DNA of 64,000 bases from Auanema rhodensis (lineage: Eukaryota > Animalia > Nematoda). Positions 54,801 through 64,000 of the stretch are shown in pieces. The notes under the pieces were generated by a model. The model saw nothing but the letters and a program-made list of their open reading frames with translations. It had not been told where the DNA came from and searched no databases. Every line of letters begins with the position of its first letter. Position 1 is the stretch's first letter. Where the stretch lies: positions 682,001 to 746,000 of the forward strand of contig CAXKVF010000072.1 of assembly GCA_964057225.1 (NCBI GenBank), written 5' to 3'. A program made the position numbers and the translations under genes.

Positions 54801-56928
54801 TTAGCATAAATTAAAGTTCACGTAAATTTCAAAGTCATGGTTACCATGAACCAATATCAATAAAAATTTGTTTTTAGACTAATATGGACATGGGGAATCT
54901 AATTTTGAAAACCGCATCTCTTTATCTTTCACGTGAAGCGAGTTACATACCAAGTGCACATCACGTGTACATTTAATTAGCATAAATTAAAGTTCACGTA
55001 AATTTCAAAGTCATGGTTACCATGAACCAATATCAATAAAAATTTGTTTTTAGACTAATATGGACATGGGGAATCTAATTTTGAAAACCGCATCTCTTTA
55101 TCTTTCACGTGAAGCGAGTTACATACCAAGTGCACATCACGTGTACATTTAATTAGCATAAATTAAAGTTCACGTAAAATTCAAAGTCATGGTTACCATG
55201 CACCAATATCAATAAAAATTTGTTTTTAGACTAATATGGACATGGGGAATCTAATTTTGAAAACCGCATCTCTTTATCTTTCACGTGAAGCGAGTTACAT
55301 ACCAAGTGCACATCACGTGTACATTTAATTAGCATAAATTAAAGTTCACGTAAATTTCAAAGTCATGGTTACCATGAACCAATATCAATAAAAATTTGTT
55401 TTTAGACTAATATGGACATGGGGAATCTAATTTTGAAAACCGCATCTCTTTATCTTTCACGTGAAGCGAGTTACATACCAAGTGCACATCACGTGTACAT
55501 TTAATTAGCATAAATTAAAGTTCACGTAAATTTCAAAGTCATGGTTACCATGAAGCAATATCAATAAAAATTTGTTTTTAGACTAATATGGACATGGGGA
55601 ATCTAATTTTGAAAACCGCATCTCTTTATCTTTCACGTGAAGCGAGTTACATACCAAGTGCACATCACGTGTACATTTAATTAGCATAAATTAAAGTTCA
55701 CGTAAATTTCAAAGTCATGGTTACCATGAAGCAATATCAATAAAAATTTGTTTTTAGACTAATATGGACATGGGGAATCTAATTTTGAAAACCGCATCTC
55801 TTTATCTTTCACGTGAAGCGAGTTACATACCAAGTGCACATCACGTGTACATTTAATTAGCATAAATTAAAGTTCACGTAAATTTCAAAGTCATGGTTAC
55901 CATGAAGCAATATCAATAAAAATTTGTTTTTAGACTAATATGGACATGGGGAATCTAATTTTGAAAACCGCATCTCTTTATCTTTCACGTGAAGCGAGTT
56001 ACATACCAAGTGCACATCACGTGTACATTTAATTAGCATAAATTAAAGTTCACGTAAATTTCAAAGTCATGGTTACCATGAACCAATATCAATAAAAATT
56101 TGTTTTTAGACTAATATGGACATGGGGAATCTAATTTTGAAAACCGCATCTCTTTATCTTTCACGTGAAGCGAGTTACATACCAAGTGCACATCACGTGT
56201 ACATTTAATTAGCATAAATTAAAGTTCACGTAAATTTCAAAGTCATGGTTACCATGAACCAATATCAATAAAAATTTGTTTTTAGACTAATATGGACATG
56301 GGGAATCTAATTTTGAAAACCGCATCTCTTTATCTTTCACGTGAAGCGAGTTACATACCAAGTGCACATCACGTGTACATTTAATTAGCATAAATTAAAG
56401 TTCACGTAAATTTCAAAGTCATGGTTACCATGAAGCAATATCAATAAAAATTTGTTTTTAGACTAATATGGACATGGGGAATCTAATTTTGAAAACCGCA
56501 TCTCTTTATCTTTCACGTGAAGCGAGTTACATACCAAGTGCACATCACGTGTACATTTAATTAGCATAAATTAAAGTTCACGTAAAATTCAAAGTCATGG
56601 TTACCATGCACCAATATCAATAAAAATTTGTTTTTAGACTAATATGGACATGGGGAATCTAATTTTGAAAACTGCATCACTTTATCTTTCACGTGAAGCG
56701 AGTTACATACCAAGTGCACATCACGTGTACATTTAATTAGCATAAATTAAAGTTCACGTAAATTTCAAAGTCATGGTTACCATGAACCAATATCAATAAA
56801 AATTTGTTTTTAGACTAATATGGACATGGGGAATCTAATTTTGAAAACCGCATCTCTTTATCTTTCACGTGAAGCGAGTTACATACCAAGTGCACATCAC
56901 GTGTACATTTAATTAGCATAAATTAAAG

Positions 56929-59900
56929 TTCACGTAAATTTCAAAGTCATGGTTACCATGAAGCAATATCAATAAAAATTTGTTTTTAGACTAATATGGA
57001 CATGGGGAATCTAATTTTGAAAACCGCATCTCTTTATCTTTCACGTGAAGCGAGTTACATACCAAGTGCACATCACGTGTACATTTAATTAGCATAAATT
57101 AAAGTTCACGTAAAATTCAAAGTCATGGTTACCATGCACCAATATCAATAAAAATTTGTTTTTAGACTAATATGGACATGGGGAATCTAATTTTGAAAAC
57201 CGCATCTCTTTATCTTTCACGTGAAGCGAGTTACATACCAAGTGCACATCACGTGTACATTTAATTAGCATAAATTAAAGTTCACGTAAATTTCAAAGTC
57301 ATGGTTACCATGAAGCAATATCAATAAAAATTTGTTTTTAGACTAATATGGACATGGGGAATCTAATTTTGAAAACCGCATCTCTTTATCTTTCACGTGA
57401 AGCGAGTTACATACCAAGTGCACATCACGTGTACATTTAATTAGCATAAATTAAAGTTCACGTAAAATTCAAAGTCATGGTTACCATGAACCAATATCAA
57501 TAAAAATTTGTTTTTAGACTAATATGGACATGGGGAATCTAATTTTGAAAACCGCATCTCTTTATCTTTCACGTGAAGCGAGTTACATACCAAGTGCACA
57601 TCACGTGTACATTTAATTAGCATAAATTAAAGTTCACGTAAATTTCAAAGTCATGGTTACCATGAACCAATATCAATAAAAATTTGTTTTTAGACTAATA
57701 TGGACATGGGGAATCTAATTTTGAAAACCGCATCTCTTTATCTTTCACGTGAAGCGAGTTACATACCAAGTGCACATCACGTGTACATTTAATTAGCATA
57801 AATTAAAGTTCACGTAAATTTCAAAGTCATGGTTACCATGCACCAATATCAATAAAAATTTGTTTTTAGACTAATATGGACATGGGGAATCTAATTTTGA
57901 AAACCGCATCTCTTTATCTTTCACGTGAAGCGAGTTACATACCAAGTGCACATCACGTGTACATTTAATTAGCATAAATTAAAGTTCACGTAAATTTCAA
58001 AGTCATGGTTACCATGAACCAATATCGATAAAAATTTGTTTTTAGACTAATATGGACATGGGGAATCTAATTTTGAAAACCGCATCTCTTTATCTTTCAC
58101 GTGAAGCGAGTTATATACCAAGTGCACATCACGTGTACATTTAATTAGCATAAATTAAAGTTCACGTAAATTTCAAAGTCATGGTTACCATGAAGCAATA
58201 TCAATAAAAATTTGTTTTTAGACTAATATGGACATGGGGAATCTAATTTTGAAAACCGCATCTCTTTATCTTTCACGCGAAGCGAGTTACATACCAAGTG
58301 CACATCACGTGTACATTTAATTAGCATAAATTAAAGTTCACGTAAATTTCAAAGTCATGGTTACCATGAACCAATATCAATAAAAATTTGTTTTTAGACT
58401 AATATGGACATGGGGAATCTAATTTTGAAAACCGCATCTCTTTATCTTTCACGTGAAGCGAGTTACATACCAAGTGCACATCACGTGTACATTTAATTAG
58501 CATAAATTAAAGTTCACGTAAATTTCAAAGTCATGGTTACCATGCACCAATATCAATAAAAATTTGTTTTTAGACTAATATGGACATGGGGAATCTAATT
58601 TTGAAAACCGCATCTCTTTATCTTTCACGTGAAGCGAGTTACATACCAAGTGCACATCACGTGTACATTTAATTAGCATAAATTAAAGTTCACGTAAATT
58701 TCAAAGTCATGGTTACCATGAACCAATATCGATAAAAATTTGTTTTTAGACTAATATGGACATGGGGAATCTAATTTTGAAAACCGCATCTCTTTATCTT
58801 TCACGTGAAGCGAGTTACATACCAAGTGCACATCACGTGTACATTTAATTAGCATAAATTAAAGTTCACGTAAATTTCAAAGTCATGGTTACCATGAAGC
58901 AATATCAATAAAAATTTGTTTTTAGACTAATATGGACATGGGGAATCTAATTTTGAAAACCGCATCTCTTTATCTTTCACGTGAAGCGAGTTACATACCA
59001 AGTGCACATCACGTGTACATTTAATTAGCATAAATTAAAGTTCACGTAAAATTCAAAGTCATGGTTACCATGCACCAATATCAATAAAAATTTGTTTTTA
59101 GACTAATATGGACATGGGGAATCTAATTTTGAAAACCGCATCTCTTTATCTTTCACGTGAAGCGAGTTACATACCAAGTGCACATCACGTGTACATTTAA
59201 TTAGCATAAATTAAAGTTCACGTAAATTTCAAAGTCATGGTTACCATGAAGCAATATCAATAAAAATTTGTTTTTAGACTAATATGGACATGGGGAATCT
59301 AATTTTGAAAACCGCATCTCTTTATCTTTCACGTGAAGCGAGTTACATACCAAGTGCACATCACGTGTACATTTAATTAGCATAAATTAAAGTTCACGTA
59401 AAATTCAAAGTCATGGTTACCATGAACCAATATCAATAAAAATTTGTTTTTAGACTAATATGGACATGGGGAATCTAATTTTGAAAACCGCATCTCTTTA
59501 TCTTTCACGTGAAGCGAGTTACATACCAAGTGCACATCACGTGTACATTTAATTAGCATAAATTAAAGTTCACGTAAATTTCAAAGTCATGGTTACCATG
59601 AACCAATATCAATAAAAATTTGTTTTTAGACTAATATGGACATGGGGAATCTAATTTTGAAAACCGCATCTCTTTATCTTTCACGTGAAGCGAGTTACAT
59701 ACCAAGTGCACATCACGTGTACATTTAATTAGCATAAATTAAAGTTCACGTAAATTTCAAAGTCATGGTTACCATGCACCAATATCAATAAAAATTTGTT
59801 TTTAGACTAATATGGACATGGGGAATCTAATTTTGAAAACCGCATCTCTTTATCTTTCACGTGAAGCGAGTTACATACCAAGTGCACATCACGTGTACAT

Positions 59901-60976
59901 TTAATTAGCATAAATTAAAGTTCACGTAAATTTCAAAGTCATGGTTACCATGAACCAATATCGATAAAAATTTGTTTTTAGACTAATATGGACATGGGGA
60001 ATCTAATTTTGAAAACCGCATCTCTTTATCTTTCACGTGAAGCGAGTTATATACCAAGTGCACATCACGTGTACATTTAATTAGCATAAATTAAAGTTCA
60101 CGTAAATTTCAAAGTCATGGTTACCATGAAGCAATATCAATAAAAATTTGTTTTTAGACTAATATGGACATGGGGAATCTAATTTTGAAAACCGCATCTC
60201 TTTATCTTTCACGCGAAGCGAGTTACATACCAAGTGCACATCACGTGTACATTTAATTAGCATAAATTAAAGTTCACGTAAATTTCAAAGTCATGGTTAC
60301 CATGAACCAATATCAATAAAAATTTGTTTTTAGACTAATATGGACATGGGGAATCTAATTTTGAAAACCGCATCTCTTTATCTTTCACGTGAAGCGAGTT
60401 ACATACCAAGTGCACATCACGTGTACATTTAATTAGCATAAATTAAAGTTCACGTAAATTTCAAAGTCATGGTTACCATGCACCAATATCAATAAAAATT
60501 TGTTTTTAGACTAATATGGACATGGGGAATCTAATTTTGAAAACCGCATCTCTTTATCTTTCACGTGAAGCGAGTTACATACCAAGTGCACATCACGTGT
60601 ACATTTAATTAGCATAAATTAAAGTTCACGTAAATTTCAAAGTCATGGTTACCATGAACCAATATCGATAAAAATTTGTTTTTAGACTAATATGGACATG
60701 GGGAATCTAATTTTGAAAACCGCATCTCTTTATCTTTCACGTGAAGCGAGTTACATACCAAGTGCACATCACGTGTACATTTAATTAGCATAAATTAAAG
60801 TTCACGTAAATTTCAAAGTCATGGTTACCATGAAGCAATATCAATAAAAATTTGTTTTTAGACTAATATGGACATGGGGAATCTAATTTTGAAAACCGCA
60901 TCTCTTTATCTTTCACGTGAAGCGAGTTACATACCAAGTGCACATCACGTGTACATTTAATTAGCATAAATTAAAG
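56929..60976 (+). repeat. 11-monomer (1936-bp) tandem duplication
   Basis: A43G+C130T monomers at 57985 and 59921; C35G+T118C at 58161 and 60097; flanking T11A/A33C pattern is the same. Confidence 0.9.
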
Positions 60977-62208
60977 TTCACGTAAATTTCAAAGTCATGG
61001 TTACCATGAACCAATATCAATAAAAATTTGTTTTTAGACTAATATGGACATGGGGAATCTAATTTTGAAAACCGCATCTCTTTATCTTTCACGTGAAGCG
61101 AGTTACATACCAAGTGCACATCACGTGTACATTTAATTAGCATAAATTAAAGTTCACGTAAATTTCAAAGTCATGGTTACCATGAACCAATATCAATAAA
61201 AATTTGTTTTTAGACTAATATGGACATGGGGAATCTAATTTTGAAAACCGCATCTCTTTATCTTTCACGTGAAGCGAGTTACATACCAAGTGCACATCAC
61301 GTGTACATTTAATTAGCATAAATTAAAGTTCACGTAAAATTCAAAGTCATGGTTACCATGCACCAATATCAATAAAAATTTGTTTTTAGACTAATATGGA
61401 CATGGGGAATCTAATTTTGAAAACTGCATCACTTTATCTTTCACGTGAAGCGAGTTACATACCAAGTGCACATCACGTGTACATTTAATTAGCATAAATT
61501 AAAGTTCACGTAAATTTCAAAGTCATGGTTACCATGAACCAATATCAATAAAAATTTGTTTTTAGACTAATATGGACATGGGGAATCTAATTTTGAAAAC
61601 CGCATCTCTTTATCTTTCACGTGAAGCGAGTTACATACCAAGTGCACATCACGTGTACATTTAATTAGCATAAATTAAAGTTCACGTAAATTTCAAAGTC
61701 ATGGTTACCATGAAGCAATATCAATAAAAATTTGTTTTTAGACTAATATGGACATGGGGAATCTAATTTTGAAAACCGCATCTCTTTATCTTTCACGTGA
61801 AGCGAGTTACATACCAAGTGCACATCACGTGTACATTTAATTAGCATAAATTAAAGTTCACGTAAATTTCAAAGTCATGGTTACCATGAAGCAATATCAA
61901 TAAAAATTTGTTTTTAGACTAATATGGACATGGGGAATCTAATTTTGAAAACCGCATCTCTTTATCTTTCACGTGAAGCGAGTTACATACCAAGTGCACA
62001 TCACGTGTACATTTAATTAGCATAAATTAAAGTTCACGTAAATTTCAAAGTCATGGTTACCATGAAGCAATATCAATAAAAATTTGTTTTTAGACTAATA
62101 TGGACATGGGGAATCTAATTTTGAAAACCGCATCTCTTTATCTTTCACGTGAAGCGAGTTACATACCAAGTGCACATCACGTGTACATTTAATTAGCATA
62201 AATTAAAG

Positions 62209-64000
62209 TTCACGTAAATTTCAAAGTCATGGTTACCATGAACCAATATCAATAAAAATTTGTTTTTAGACTAATATGGACATGGGGAATCTAATTTTGA
62301 AAACCGCATCTCTTTATCTTTCACGTGAAGCGAGTTACATACCAAGTGCACATCACGTGTACATTTAATTAGCATAAATTAAAGTTCACGTAAATTTCAA
62401 AGTCATGGTTACCATGCACCAATATCAATAAAAATTTGTTTTTAGACTAATATGGACATGGGGAATCTAATTTTGAAAACCGCATCTCTTTATCTTTCAC
62501 GTGAAGCGAGTTACATACCAAGTGCACATCACGTGTACATTTAATTAGCATAAATTAAAGTTCACGTAAATTTCAAAGTCATGGTTACCATGAACCAATA
62601 TCGATAAAAATTTGTTTTTAGACTAATATGGACATGGGGAATCTAATTTTGAAAACCGCATCTCTTTATCTTTCACGTGAAGCGAGTTATATACCAAGTG
62701 CACATCACGTGTACATTTAATTAGCATAAATTAAAGTTCACGTAAATTTCAAAGTCATGGTTACCATGAAGCAATATCAATAAAAATTTGTTTTTAGACT
62801 AATATGGACATGGGGAATCTAATTTTGAAAACCGCATCTCTTTATCTTTCACGCGAAGCGAGTTACATACCAAGTGCACATCACGTGTACATTTAATTAG
62901 CATAAATTAAAGTTCACGTAAATTTCAAAGTCATGGTTACCATGAACCAATATCAATAAAAATTTGTTTTTAGACTAATATGGACATGGGGAATCTAATT
63001 TTGAAAACCGCATCTCTTTATCTTTCACGTGAAGCGAGTTACATACCAAGTGCACATCACGTGTACATTTAATTAGCATAAATTAAAGTTCACGTAAATT
63101 TCAAAGTCATGGTTACCATGCACCAATATCAATAAAAATTTGTTTTTAGACTAATATGGACATGGGGAATCTAATTTTGAAAACCGCATCTCTTTATCTT
63201 TCACGTGAAGCGAGTTACATACCAAGTGCACATCACGTGTACATTTAATTAGCATAAATTAAAGTTCACGTAAATTTCAAAGTCATGGTTACCATGAACC
63301 AATATCGATAAAAATTTGTTTTTAGACTAATATGGACATGGGGAATCTAATTTTGAAAACCGCATCTCTTTATCTTTCACGTGAAGCGAGTTACATACCA
63401 AGTGCACATCACGTGTACATTTAATTAGCATAAATTAAAGTTCACGTAAATTTCAAAGTCATGGTTACCATGAAGCAATATCAATAAAAATTTGTTTTTA
63501 GACTAATATGGACATGGGGAATCTAATTTTGAAAACCGCATCTCTTTATCTTTCACGTGAAGCGAGTTACATACCAAGTGCACATCACGTGTACATTTAA
63601 TTAGCATAAATTAAAGTTCACGTAAATTTCAAAGTCATGGTTACCATGAACCAATATCAATAAAAATTTGTTTTTAGACTAATATGGACATGGGGAATCT
63701 AATTTTGAAAACCGCATCTCTTTATCTTTCACGTGAAGCGAGTTACATACCAAGTGCACATCACGTGTACATTTAATTAGCATAAATTAAAGTTCACGTA
63801 AATTTCAAAGTCATGGTTACCATGAACCAATATCAATAAAAATTTGTTTTTAGACTAATATGGACATGGGGAATCTAATTTTGAAAACCGCATCTCTTTA
63901 TCTTTCACGTGAAGCGAGTTACATACCAAGTGCACATCACGTGTACATTTAATTAGCATAAATTAAAGTTCACGTAAAATTCAAAGTCATGGTTACCATG
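62209..64000 (+). repeat. Further copy of block 59569-61360 at 15-monomer (2640-bp) offset
   Basis: A43G+C130T at 62561, C35G+T118C at 62737, A33C at 63089, A43G at 63265 and T11A at 63969 mirror 59921, 60097, 60449, 60625 and 61329. Confidence 0.88.

Larger units (their letters stand above)
1..64000 (+). repeat. Tandem satellite DNA array with a 176-bp monomer, about 363.2 copies head-to-tail; candidate centromeric/pericentromeric satellite
   Basis: TTCACGTAAA recurs at 1, 177, 353 ... 2641 (15x176+1). Length accounting is exact: 363x176 + 3x28 (insertions) - 4 (1-bp deletions) = 63968, and the last partial monomer starts at 63969. No non-satellite sequence or strand switch seen. The centromeric role is inferred from monomer length and homogeneity only. 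Confidence 0.98.

Noticed and set aside
1-64000. CRISPR array or repeat-spacer system suggested by regularly spaced palindromes
   Set aside because: There are no unique spacers: the sequence between palindromes is as conserved as the palindromes. No cas genes or leader.
1-64000. Information-encoding or programmed diversification in the order of A33C, C35G and consensus monomers
   Set aside because: The pattern is adequately explained by nested tandem duplications of monomer blocks; there is no associated enzyme gene or template.

Overview
The whole 64,000-bp window is one uninterrupted, head-to-tail tandem satellite array. It has a 176-bp AT-rich monomer (about 32% GC), 363 complete monomers plus a 32-bp partial one, all in one orientation. 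Consensus, numbered as window 1-176 but with C at position 35: TTCACGTAAATTTCAAAGTCATGGTTACCATGAACCAATATCAATAAAAATTTGTTTTTAGACTAATATGGACATGGGGAATCTAATTTTGAAAACCGCATCTCTTTATCTTTCACGTGAAGCGAGTTACATACCAAGTGCACATCACGTGTACATTTAATTAGCATAAATTAAAG. Monomers differ from this consensus at 0-5 positions. I see no genes, RNA genes, transposons or CRISPR array, and the one 60-aa ORF is a stop-loss artefact of a single monomer. Nucleosome-scale length, extreme homogeneity and absence of insertions suggest a eukaryotic centromeric or pericentromeric satellite core (inference); I cannot assign the species or a named family. Inside the monomer there are at least five dyad symmetries, three TCACGT (E/G-box-type) cores spaced 32-33 bp apart, and a CENP-B-box-like 17-mer matching 7/9 core bases, or 8/9 in a localized A125G variant. 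Across the array, variants record nested duplications of 3, 4, 5, 6, 9, 11, 15 and about 60 monomers, three 204-bp monomers sharing one 28-bp internal duplication, four 175-bp monomers, and regional variant domains. All variant calls (given as monomer positions) were made by eye and should be confirmed by alignment.
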